A stretch of 64,000 bases of DNA from an uncultured Clostridia bacterium (GTDB lineage: Bacteria > Bacillota > Clostridia > Christensenellales > UBA1242): contig CALVNZ010000001.1 in NCBI GenBank assembly GCA_944350115.1, forward strand, positions 221,378 through 285,377, written 5' to 3'. A program made the position numbers and the translations under genes. Under the pieces are notes generated by a model. It did not search any database. It was not told the DNA's origin and saw nothing but the letters and a program-made list of their open reading frames with translations. Of this stretch, positions 19,465 through 27,820 are shown in pieces. Each line of letters begins with the position of its first letter. Position 1 is the first letter of the stretch.

Positions 19465-20455
19465 ACAATTAACCTTATGGGATACGGCGAATTTATGCAG
19501 TGACGATAAGTTAAAGTTTATTGACCTATTTTGTGGAATGGGAGGCTTTCGTATTGCATTTGAAAAAAATGATTGTAAATGTGTTTTTAGCTCAGACATA
19601 GATTCTTTTGCACAAAAAACATATTTTACGAATTTTAATGAAATTCCTTTTGGAGATATAACAAAAATTAATGAAAAAGATATACCCGACCATGACATAT
19701 TATGTGCAGGATTTCCTTGTCAATCTTTTTCTATTGCAGGTAAACGTTTGGGTTTTAATGACACTCGAGGAACATTGTTTTTTGATGTTGCAAGAATAAT
19801 AAAAGAAAAAAGGCCAAAAGCCTTTATTCTTGAAAATGTTAAAGGGATAACTAATCATGATAATGGGAATACATTACAAACTATTTTAAATACGTTAAAT
19901 GATCTAAACTATGATGTTAATTACAAGATATTAAATGCAAAAGATTATAACGTGCCACAAAATAGAGAACGCTGGTATTGTATTGGATTTAGAAGAGATT
20001 TAAATATTGAAATTGAAAAGTTTTGTTTTCCAAAAGCGCAGCCATTAAATAATATATTAGAAAATCTAATAGAGAAATCTGCTGATAGTGCTTATAAAAT
20101 ATCAGATACCTGTTATAGCAATATAAAAAAATATGTAAAAGAGAAATCCATAAATGTAAAAAATGATACATTAGCTTATGAAGTAAGAGCTTCTAGATGT
20201 CAATTTAAAAACGACGGCATATCACCTTGTTTAACGGCCAAAATGGGTACAGGTGGAAATAATGTTCCTATTGTTATAAAACAAAAAAGAAGATTAACAG
20301 AGAAAGAATGCTTAAGAATTATGGGATATCCAGAAACCTATAAAATTAATAAAGGAGCACAAACATATAAGCAAATTGGTAATAGTGTTGTTGTTCCAAT
20401 AATAACTTTACTTGCCACAGAAATGGTTAAATTTTTAAAAAAAGAAGATTGTTAA
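19457..20455 (+). CDS. DNA (cytosine-5)-methyltransferase 2
   Basis: DLFCGMGGFR, FPCQSFSIAG, ENVKGI, QNRERWY, TEKECLRIMGYP, GNSVVVP. Overlaps MTase 1 by 8 nt. Confidence 0.95.
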   Translation: MYKQLTLWDTANLCSDDKLKFIDLFCGMGGFRIAFEKNDCKCVFSSDIDSFAQKTYFTNFNEIPFGDITKINEKDIPDHDILCAGFPCQSFSIAGKRLGFNDTRGTLFFDVARIIKEKRPKAFILENVKGITNHDNGNTLQTILNTLNDLNYDVNYKILNAKDYNVPQNRERWYCIGFRRDLNIEIEKFCFPKAQPLNNILENLIEKSADSAYKISDTCYSNIKKYVKEKSINVKNDTLAYEVRASRCQFKNDGISPCLTAKMGTGGNNVPIVIKQKRRLTEKECLRIMGYPETYKINKGAQTYKQIGNSVVVPIITLLATEMVKFLKKEDC

Positions 20456-21252
20456 TCTTCTTTTTTTGGTTTTAATACGATAGTATAATCCCCATGACTT
20501 CTTCCAGAGCCAGTTGTTACTGTAAAAGGAATATAACTCAGTCTCTCTAATTTTCCGTGTGAAAAAATATACCACGCACAATAAGGCTCTTGATAAATAG
20601 GATAACCGTTAAAAATTATTTGTTTTAATTCTTCAGAATTGTTTATTAACTCTTCAATTTTTCTATTACAATATGTCTTTATTTTAGAACAAATATATTT
20701 ATTGCTAATAAAATCTTCATGATTAATATTAAAATTTGAAAAATATTTTATCATTAGTTCTTCAGATGTGTTCCATCCTTTTAATAAATCGGTATTTTTT
20801 ATAAGTTCCTCATTTTTTGAGCAAAATAAGCTTGCTCCAGCACCTAATTCATAATTACCAAATAAAGAATGAAAACTATTAGGACCAGTTTTTAAAATTT
20901 GATATTTATCAGAATCAGACATTTTTACAGAAATTCCAGATTTCTCAATGATCTTATGATTAAGATTTTTAATATTATATTCATTAAGATAGTAATCATT
21001 TTCTTTTAAAACATTTTTTATTTGTGTGTCTTCTGAATAAACAACATAACAATCCGAACGCGTTTTTGTTATTTTATTGCTTAATTTGGAAAATTGATTA
21101 GTTGTTACTCTAACCATGTAAATATTGTCTAAATTATAATTAAGTTTATCCGTTAAAATAGAAAAAATTGTATTTTGTTTATTTTTATTAAACGATCTAA
21201 CAAATTCTATCTCTTGAATATCTCCTTCATAAGTGCCTCTATTTATTGCCAT
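20452..21252 (-). CDS. Putative restriction endonuclease subunit B
   Basis: 266-aa ORF convergent with the MTases (4-nt stop overlap) and overlapping subunit A by 14 nt. Weak D...(S/E)xK-like strings (SDCYVVYSEDTQIK, GISVK). The call rests mainly on context. Confidence 0.45.
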   Translation of the reverse strand: MAINRGTYEGDIQEIEFVRSFNKNKQNTIFSILTDKLNYNLDNIYMVRVTTNQFSKLSNKITKTRSDCYVVYSEDTQIKNVLKENDYYLNEYNIKNLNHKIIEKSGISVKMSDSDKYQILKTGPNSFHSLFGNYELGAGASLFCSKNEELIKNTDLLKGWNTSEELMIKYFSNFNINHEDFISNKYICSKIKTYCNRKIEELINNSEELKQIIFNGYPIYQEPYCAWYIFSHGKLERLSYIPFTVTTGSGRSHGDYTIVLKPKKED

Positions 21253-22021
21253 TATTTTTTCTTCCTTTTGTAATTAGTTTTATACAATTTGTCATGGACC
21301 CCCATTTGACCTGCATAATATAACGTCGTTCTGGATGAACTACTGATCTAAATTGGTCTCTTGTCCATGGTTGATAAGTAAGTTGCGAAAATTGAATACC
21401 TGTCATTTCATTAATATTTGTTGTTGTTATCAAATAATTAATAATTTCTTCACGATTTGCATAAACTCCATCTTCAATTGAACCGTGATAAATAGCATCA
21501 ACAATAATGGGCTTTTGAAAAACACCAACAAAAAGAATCCTATTTAATATCTTTATTAAATTCTTTGGTAAATTTAATTCTTTATTAACAGAAAATATTT
21601 TATCAGAATATTTAGATTTTATTTCTGCTGTTGAAAATCTTGTTTTCCCATTTCCTTCTAATGTATCATCTCCATAATGATAAAATCTTAAATTATTTAT
21701 ATTATCATTAGATATTTTGATTTGTTTAAGAAAATCACAAAAATCATTTAAAGGTTCTTGATGCACACTATTTCCAGATCCTTCTTTAATACTTATATAT
21801 TTTATTTCATTTCCAATTTTAATCCAAATATCTGGTTTAGGATTTTTGCCCTCTATTTTTTTTAATATATCAGATGAAATTATTTCATCACTAGATATAT
21901 GTCTATTAAAGACAAAGGATATAAAGTTTTGAAAATTTGAATTTAATTCACAAAATTTTTTATTATTTAAATAATTAGACATATAAATTTCATTAGTAAA
22001 ACCATGACTATTACTACTCAT
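21239..22021 (-). CDS. Putative restriction endonuclease subunit A
   Basis: 260-aa ORF. KPDIWIKIGNEIKYISIK gives PD-x8-ExK. The general layout reminds me of small MspI/HpaII-like type II enzymes. Context with two MTases. Confidence 0.5.
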   Translation of the reverse strand: MSSNSHGFTNEIYMSNYLNNKKFCELNSNFQNFISFVFNRHISSDEIISSDILKKIEGKNPKPDIWIKIGNEIKYISIKEGSGNSVHQEPLNDFCDFLKQIKISNDNINNLRFYHYGDDTLEGNGKTRFSTAEIKSKYSDKIFSVNKELNLPKNLIKILNRILFVGVFQKPIIVDAIYHGSIEDGVYANREEIINYLITTTNINEMTGIQFSQLTYQPWTRDQFRSVVHPERRYIMQVKWGSMTNCIKLITKGRKNNGNK

Positions 22022-22081
22022 AAAACAATTCTCCTATTTGAATTATAGCAAAAATTTGATTTATTTAGCAATATTTTTAGC

Positions 22082-22118
22082 AAAAATAGCGGACAAACTC
22101 AAATTATAGTGTTATAAT
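22082..22118 (+). promoter_or_regulatory. Promoter of the recombinase gene, with the same cassette-specific motif
   Basis: AAAAATAGCGGA(22082-22093), then 19 nt, then TATAATGG(22113-22120), with TG at 22110-22111. RBS AAGGAG lies before ATG 22140. TAGCAAAAAT is repeated at 22046 and 22079. Confidence 0.5.
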
Positions 22119-22139
22119 GGGAATAAGGAGAAAAATTTT

Positions 22140-23711
22140 ATGAACAAAGCTGTTATATATGCAAGATATTCAAGTGATAGTCAAACAGAACAAAGCATTG
22201 ATGGGCAACTCAGAGTTTGCAAAGAATATGCTGAAAGAAATGGTTTGATTGTTGTTAATGAATACATTGACAGGGCTATGACAGGAATAAATGATAAGCG
22301 GCCAGCACTTCAACAAATGCTTTATGACAGCAAAAACAAAAGCTTTGATTTTGTTTTAGTATATAAGTTAGATAGATTTTCAAGATCAAGGTATGACAGC
22401 TCTGTTAATCGTGCAATATTACTTAAAAATGGTGTTAAGTTGATTTCAGCAACTGAAAATATTTCAGACGCACCAGAAGGAATTTTGCTCGATAGTGTGC
22501 TTGTTGGACTTGCAGAGTATTATTCTGTTGAACTATCTCAAAAAGTTAAACGTGGGCTAAAAGAAAGCAGAATAAAAGGACTCTTTACAGGTGGCAGAAC
22601 TCCTTATGGATACAATGTTGTTGACAAGAAAGTTAGTGCTAATGAAGAACAAGCAAACATTGTTAAATTGATGTTTAATGAGTACATAAGTGGCAAATGT
22701 ATTAAAGACATTGTAAAGATTTTACATAACAAAGGAATAAAGAACGCATACGGCAAAGATTGGACAATAAACTCTGTTTCAAGAATATTAAGAAATGAAA
22801 ACTACAAAGGTTGCGTATATGCAGATGGTACTGTTTACACAAATATTTTTCCTGCAATAATAAGTGAACAACTTTTTGATGAAGTAAATGAAAAATTAAA
22901 AATCTCAAAAAGAACCTCTGCTCATCACAAAACAGAAATTAATTATCTTTTAAGTGGCAAGTTAATTTGTGGCAAATGTGGTAGTTTGATGACTGGAGAT
23001 AGTGGCAAAGGTAAACTTGGCACAATTTACAATTATTATAAATGCTTTACAAAAAAGAAAAATAAAACTAAATGCGATAAGAAATCTGTTTCAAAAAATT
23101 ATATAGAAGAAATAGTTTTGTCTGCAACGCAAGAATTTATGCAACACACGAACTTAAAAAGTCTAAGTAAAGTATTGGCTGATACATACAACAAAAGTAT
23201 TGAAAAAGACACAATTTTAGAAAGTCTAAATAAAGAACTTCAAGACAATAACAAAAAGTTAAAGAACATTTTAACTGCTCTTGAAAATGGAATATTTAAC
23301 GAAACAACAAACGATAGAATGAAAGAACTTGAAGTAAGAATAAGAGAAATAAAAGAAAAAATTGCTAGCAGACAAATGCTAACAATTAAACCATTAAGTG
23401 AAGAACTTGTATATGAATATTTGAAATCTTTTAAAGATTTAAATTATTCTCTTGAAAATGCAAAACAAAGACTGATTGATATGTTTGTAAATAGAGTTGT
23501 TTTATATGATGACCATTGCGAAATTTACTTTAATATAACAAGTGATAAAAGCAAGCAATTAAAATTAAGTGAAAAGCCAGATATATCACAAGAAATTGAA
23601 TACATAGAAAATAAAAAGGAGCAATCAAACCCAAAGGGTTCGGATTGCTCGCAATTGGCGGGAAGAGAGGGATTCGAACCCTCGCGCCGGTCACCCGACC
23701 TACAGCCTTAG
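22140..23711 (+). CDS. Large serine recombinase (integrase)
   Basis: Resolvase N-terminal domain AVIYARYSSDSQ...DGQ...YKLDRFSRS. Recombinase domain, Cys-rich zinc ribbon (CGKCGS...YYKC...KC) and coiled coil. The last 18 codons (LAGREGFEPSRRSPDLQP) are antisense to tRNA-Ser. Confidence 0.9.
   Translation: MNKAVIYARYSSDSQTEQSIDGQLRVCKEYAERNGLIVVNEYIDRAMTGINDKRPALQQMLYDSKNKSFDFVLVYKLDRFSRSRYDSSVNRAILLKNGVKLISATENISDAPEGILLDSVLVGLAEYYSVELSQKVKRGLKESRIKGLFTGGRTPYGYNVVDKKVSANEEQANIVKLMFNEYISGKCIKDIVKILHNKGIKNAYGKDWTINSVSRILRNENYKGCVYADGTVYTNIFPAIISEQLFDEVNEKLKISKRTSAHHKTEINYLLSGKLICGKCGSLMTGDSGKGKLGTIYNYYKCFTKKKNKTKCDKKSVSKNYIEEIVLSATQEFMQHTNLKSLSKVLADTYNKSIEKDTILESLNKELQDNNKKLKNILTALENGIFNETTNDRMKELEVRIREIKEKIASRQMLTIKPLSEELVYEYLKSFKDLNYSLENAKQRLIDMFVNRVVLYDDHCEIYFNITSDKSKQLKLSEKPDISQEIEYIENKKEQSNPKGSDCSQLAGREGFEPSRRSPDLQP
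23655..23666. repeat. Right att-like direct repeat within the tRNA-Ser 3' end
   Basis: TTGGCGGGAAGA, the reverse complement of the acceptor-stem 3' strand plus GCCA(A). Confidence 0.5.
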
Positions 23712-23746
23712 CAGGGCCGCCTCTTCGACCACTTGAGTATCTCCCC
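23656..23746 (-). tRNA. tRNA-Ser (anticodon GCU), CCA encoded
   Basis: Hand fold: acceptor GGGGAGA/TCTTCCC; anticodon stem CGGCC/GGCTG with loop CTGCTAA; long variable arm TAGGTCGGGTGACCGGCGC; T-arm GAGGG-TTCGAAT-CCCTC; discriminator G; CCA. Confidence 0.9.
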
Positions 23747-23771
23747 TCGCCGATGTTTTAACTTGCTTCTT

Positions 23772-23801
23772 ATTCTATCATACACTTTCGTTTTTTGTCA
23801 A
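23772..23801 (-). promoter_or_regulatory. Probable tRNA-Ser promoter
   Basis: Minus strand TTGACA, 18 nt, TAGAAT, about 25 nt upstream of the tRNA 5' end. Confidence 0.45.
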
Positions 23802-23839
23802 TTTGTTTTTAATAAATTCTTTCCCTTTGTTGAAAATCT

Positions 23840-23868
23840 TTGAATTGCATTTTTAACTATGTTATAAT
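23840..23868 (+). promoter_or_regulatory. Probable dut promoter
   Basis: TTGAAT(23840-23845), 17 nt, TATAAT(23863-23868), with TG extension. Confidence 0.5.
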
Positions 23869-23890
23869 GTTTTCATACAAAGGAGATGTT

Positions 23891-24388
23891 ATGAAAATAT
23901 TTTTTGCTAAAACAAAGCCAACCGCAAAAATCCCAAACAAACGAAAAGAAGATGCTGGATTTGATTTGTATGCTTGCTTTGATGAACCCTTTTTAAAATT
24001 CGCGCCTTTTGAAGTTAAGCTTGTTCCAACAGGAATTGCAACAGCTTTCGATGAAAACTATTACATGCAAATTGAAGAAAGATCAAGCACTGGAAAAATT
24101 AATTTGAAGAAAAACGCCGGAGTCGTTGACAGCGGTTATCGTGGAGAAATTATGATCGAGCTTTTTAACGCAAACCCTTGCCCGCTTTACATCTCTAAAC
24201 TACCAAAAGAAGAAATAAACTCTTTTGAGCAAGAACCTTACGTTTTTCATAATTATGATAAGGCCATCGCCCAGGCTGTTTTACATAAAATTCCTGAAGC
24301 TGAAATAAGCGAAATCTCTTATGACGAATTAAAGAAAATCCCTTCTCAACGCGGTGAAAAGGGATTCGGTTCTACTGACAAAAATTAA
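23891..24388 (+). CDS. dut: dUTP diphosphatase
   Basis: Start at MKIFFAK after AAGGAG. DAGFDLY, VPTGIA, ERSSTG, GVVDSGYRGEI, RGEKGFGST. Confidence 0.9.
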   Translation: MKIFFAKTKPTAKIPNKRKEDAGFDLYACFDEPFLKFAPFEVKLVPTGIATAFDENYYMQIEERSSTGKINLKKNAGVVDSGYRGEIMIELFNANPCPLYISKLPKEEINSFEQEPYVFHNYDKAIAQAVLHKIPEAEISEISYDELKKIPSQRGEKGFGSTDKN

Positions 24389-25953
24389 TTTTTTGAAAGC
24401 TCTTCAAGTTCTTTTGGCACATCAAGTCTTGGGAATAAAATTTCTAAAGGTTTGACTGTGCCTTTTTTTAATGCATAGAATTTTGTAATTTCATCAAAAG
24501 AAAAAGGTTCTTCTATATTTAAAGAATTTAAAACTTTCGTAGCGCTTGTTGGAAGGTAAGCGTAAAGAAGTGTTGCCCCTATTCTTATGCTTTCCAAAAG
24601 GTTTCTCATAACTGTTTTTAATCTGGATTGTTTTTCTTCATCTTTTGCCAAACGGAACGGTTCTGTCTTCTCGATATAAGCGTTGGCTTTTGAAAAAATA
24701 TTGAATATGCTTGCAAGCGATTTTGAAACATCGAAGTCTTCCATGTAAGCAAAAACTTTTTTTGTTTCCTCCGCCACAAAATTTTTAAGTTCCCGATCTT
24801 CTTCGGTTTCGTCTTCCGCATCTGGAATTTCACTTTGCATATATTTTTTCAACATTGAAAATGTCCTTGAAACAAGATTGCCATAATTGTTGCAAAGGTC
24901 ACTGTTAAATCTATTTAAAAACGCTTCAGTTGAATACGCCCCATCTGACCCAAAAGGTATTTCTCGAAGCAAATAATATCTTACAGCATCCGCACTATAT
25001 CTTGGGATCAAAACTCTTGGATCTGTGCATTCTATTGTGCCTGTTGTTTTGCTTTTTGAAAGTTTATCTCCTCCCAAAAGCAACCACCCATGGCCAAAAA
25101 TTCTTTTTGGAAGTGGAAGATCAAGCGCCATCAACATCGCTGGCCAAATGATAGAATGGAAACGAACAATATCTTTTCCAACCATGTGGACATCAGCCGG
25201 CCAATATTTTTTGAAGTTTTCTTCGTTTTCTGACAAATAACCAAGCCCTGTTAGATAATTTGAAAGTGCATCAATCCAAACATAAATTGTGTGTTTTGGA
25301 TCAAAGTCAACAGGGATCCCCCAATCCACACTCGTTCTTGTCACGCACAAATCTTCAAGCCCGGGCTTAATAAAATTGTTGATCATTTCGTTAACTCTGC
25401 TTGTTGGAAGTAAAAACTTTGGATTGTCATTGTAAAGTTTTAACAACTTGTCTGAAAACTCTGAAAGCTTGAAAAAATAAGCTTCTTCTTCTTGTTCTTT
25501 TACTTCGCGACCACAGTCTGGGCACTTGCCATCAACAAGCTGACTCTCTGTCCAAAAAGCTTCACAAGGCAAACAATACAAGCCTTTGTAAGTTGATTTG
25601 TAAATGTAACCTTTTTCATACAGTTTGTTAAAAATTTTCTTTACAGCCAAAACGTGGTCTTCGTCTGTGGTTCTGATAAATTTATCATAATCTACATTAA
25701 ACATTTTCCACAAGTTTTTTGTGTCTTCAACAATATCATCAAGATGTTTTTTGACATCTTTGCCTGCCTTTTGCGCTGCTTCAAAAACCTTTTGCCCGTG
25801 TTCGTCTGTGCCAGTCATGTAAAAGACATCTTTGCCTTGCAATTTTTTAAATCTTGCTATTGCATCACAAATGACGGTTGTGTAACAGTTTCCAATTGTC
25901 AGCCTTGAACTTGGATAATAAATTGGCGTTGTAATATAAAATTTTTCTTGCAT
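24385..25953 (-). CDS. metG: Methionine--tRNA ligase (short form), with an atypical HIGH motif
   Basis: FYITTPIYYPSS, GTDEHGQK, zinc knuckle CLPCEAFW...CPDCG, VWIDAL, KLSKSK. The HIGH position reads TIGN (25888-25899). The start could also be Met13 of the track ORF. Confidence 0.9.
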   Translation of the reverse strand: MQEKFYITTPIYYPSSRLTIGNCYTTVICDAIARFKKLQGKDVFYMTGTDEHGQKVFEAAQKAGKDVKKHLDDIVEDTKNLWKMFNVDYDKFIRTTDEDHVLAVKKIFNKLYEKGYIYKSTYKGLYCLPCEAFWTESQLVDGKCPDCGREVKEQEEEAYFFKLSEFSDKLLKLYNDNPKFLLPTSRVNEMINNFIKPGLEDLCVTRTSVDWGIPVDFDPKHTIYVWIDALSNYLTGLGYLSENEENFKKYWPADVHMVGKDIVRFHSIIWPAMLMALDLPLPKRIFGHGWLLLGGDKLSKSKTTGTIECTDPRVLIPRYSADAVRYYLLREIPFGSDGAYSTEAFLNRFNSDLCNNYGNLVSRTFSMLKKYMQSEIPDAEDETEEDRELKNFVAEETKKVFAYMEDFDVSKSLASIFNIFSKANAYIEKTEPFRLAKDEEKQSRLKTVMRNLLESIRIGATLLYAYLPTSATKVLNSLNIEEPFSFDEITKFYALKKGTVKPLEILFPRLDVPKELEELSKN

Positions 25954-26047
25954 TTCTTTATTCCTCATAAAATTTATTAAACACTCTTTTGTTTTTTTTG
26001 TCAAGCGATTGCTTTACAAACCAAACGCAAAATGCTAAAATTTTATC

Positions 26048-26482
26048 ATGGCTTTGTGGAAAAAAATACTAATATGGTTAAGTGTGATTGTGGGGTTCAT
26101 GATAGTAATCATGTTAGTTCTTTATTTTTATATCAAAAACTTAGAATTTGAAACCGCTCCAGCAGGAGATTATGTTTTAACAAAAATTTCAAAAATAGAA
26201 AATGGTGAAGCGGTTGTTGTGGAAGAATTCACTGACAAAACATATTACATCACAATAAATGACAACAACGAAGTAACAAGTTTTTCAGCGGAAAAAGGAA
26301 TAGTTGAAAAAGATGCGGGCTACTTTTCTATATTGATTGGTGAAGAATTTTTGCTTTACAACAACGACGAAGAAGGGTCGTTGGCTTATTCGGGGATTTA
26401 TAAAAATGGAACAATTAGAATAGAAAAAACAACACAAGAAGGAACATATTTATATTACTATACGCAAGAAACATTTTCTTAA
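26048..26482 (+). CDS. Membrane-anchored hypothetical protein
   Basis: 144-aa ORF with an N-terminal TM helix (ILIWLSVIVGFMIVIMLVLYFYI). Confidence 0.5.
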   Translation: MALWKKILIWLSVIVGFMIVIMLVLYFYIKNLEFETAPAGDYVLTKISKIENGEAVVVEEFTDKTYYITINDNNEVTSFSAEKGIVEKDAGYFSILIGEEFLLYNNDEEGSLAYSGIYKNGTIRIEKTTQEGTYLYYYTQETFS

Positions 26483-26494
26483 AAGAGGTTAAAA

Positions 26495-27187
26495 ATGAAA
26501 ATTTATGGCATAGAAAAACTTTCAATGGTGGATTTTAGTGGGCATCTTTGTTGCACAATCTTTACTGCTGGATGCAACTTTAAGTGTCCGTTTTGTCAAA
26601 ACGCTGATCTAGTAAAAATGCAAAACTTAAATGAAATTACTCAAGAGGAACTATTCGCATATTTAAACAAAAGAAAAGGAGTTATCGACTCTGTTTGTGT
26701 CTCTGGCGGAGAGCCAACCATTTATCCTGAACTGCCTGAATTTTTAAAAAAACTTAAAGATTTGAAATTGCTTGTAAAACTTGACACAAACGGAACAAAC
26801 TTTGAAATGCTTGAATATGTTGTAAAAAACAAATTAGTAGACTATGTCGCAATGGACATTAAAAATTCACAACAAAAGTATTTTGAAACTGCAGGAATTG
26901 ACAAAAGTTTTTCTTTAAAAAATATTTTAAAAAGCGTTCAATTTTTAAAACAAGATTTTGTCCCTTACGAATTTAGGACAACACTTGTGAAAAATTATCA
27001 CACATTATCTTCTATTCAAGATATGGCTATTTGGCTTGACGGAGCAGAAAAACTTTATCTTCAATGTTTTGTTGATGGTGGCACTTGCTTAAAATCTGGT
27101 CTTGAAAAAGTCGACAAAAATGAAGCAGAAGAATTTAAAAACATTTTAGAACAAAAAATTAAACATGTTGAATTAAGAGGTTATTAA
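26495..27187 (+). CDS. nrdG: Anaerobic ribonucleoside-triphosphate reductase activating protein (radical SAM)
   Basis: CNFKCPFCQN (CxxxCxxC), VCVSGGEPT, size and family pattern. Confidence 0.85.
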   Translation: MKIYGIEKLSMVDFSGHLCCTIFTAGCNFKCPFCQNADLVKMQNLNEITQEELFAYLNKRKGVIDSVCVSGGEPTIYPELPEFLKKLKDLKLLVKLDTNGTNFEMLEYVVKNKLVDYVAMDIKNSQQKYFETAGIDKSFSLKNILKSVQFLKQDFVPYEFRTTLVKNYHTLSSIQDMAIWLDGAEKLYLQCFVDGGTCLKSGLEKVDKNEAEEFKNILEQKIKHVELRGY

Positions 27188-27217
27188 AAAAAGGCGAATT
27201 CGCCTTTTTATTTTTTT
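27186..27217. terminator. Bidirectional Rho-independent terminator
   Basis: Palindrome AAGGCGAATTCGCCTT (27191-27206) between an A-run and a T-run. Confidence 0.7.
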
Positions 27218-27645
27218 AATTCTATTTCTTTAGGTTCGATTAATCTTCTATTAATTTCGTCGATACTTTCTTTGTCTATGTTTTTTAAACCGTATTTTTC
27301 TTCCAAAAACTTTCTGTCGCTTTCATTGTTAGAAAATCTTGCCACTTTCAAAAGCGTTCCTAAGTAAGTAAACTCCCATGGTTTTGATTTGCCTTCTTCA
27401 TAAATGCAAAGTCTTCCATTAATTGTTGTAATTCCAGAAATTTTTTCTGTTGTTTTATATGTCGTTCTCGTTTCTCCTCGACCAATATAATTTGTGGTTA
27501 TAATAAAACCATAATGCTCCTCGCGGGCTTTAATGCCAGCTCCTGGGTCACAAGCCAAAGATTTGCCTTTATTTAAATAAAAAACAGCCCTGCATTCATC
27601 TAAAACAATCAATATTGGCTCTTCTATTTTCTTTTCAAACATCAT
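27208..27645 (-). CDS. Hypothetical protein
   Basis: 145-aa ORF, no recognised motif. Confidence 0.45.
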   Translation of the reverse strand: MMFEKKIEEPILIVLDECRAVFYLNKGKSLACDPGAGIKAREEHYGFIITTNYIGRGETRTTYKTTEKISGITTINGRLCIYEEGKSKPWEFTYLGTLLKVARFSNNESDRKFLEEKYGLKNIDKESIDEINRRLIEPKEIELKK

Positions 27646-27820
27646 CGTTTTCTCCTACAACAATTTTAACTTTTGCCCTGTTTGTTGTCAAGACCGCCTA
27701 AAAATCATTTTTCAAGCTAATAAAATTCTGCGCTCTTCTTTTGTAAAAAAAAGATTTAATTTTTAATAACTTTTTTATAAAAAACGCTTTAACGTAAGAA
27801 TAAAGCGTTTCTTTATTTTT

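Larger units (their letters stand above)
16658..23666. mobile_element. About 7.0-kb integrative cassette at tRNA-Ser(GCU): Shedu-like nuclease, small ORF, two C5-MTases, two putative REase subunits, large serine recombinase
   Basis: Bounded by direct 12-mers TTGGCGGAAAGA (16658-16669) and TTGGCGGGAAGA (23655-23666). The right copy is the antisense acceptor/CCA end of the tRNA. All internal genes are accessory-type, and the recombinase sits at the tRNA-proximal end. Confidence 0.6.

Noticed and set aside
16658-23666. The cassette could be a prophage or an ICE.
   Set aside because: There are no capsid, tail, terminase, replication, relaxase or type IV secretion genes. Only 7 kb of defence cargo plus one recombinase is present.
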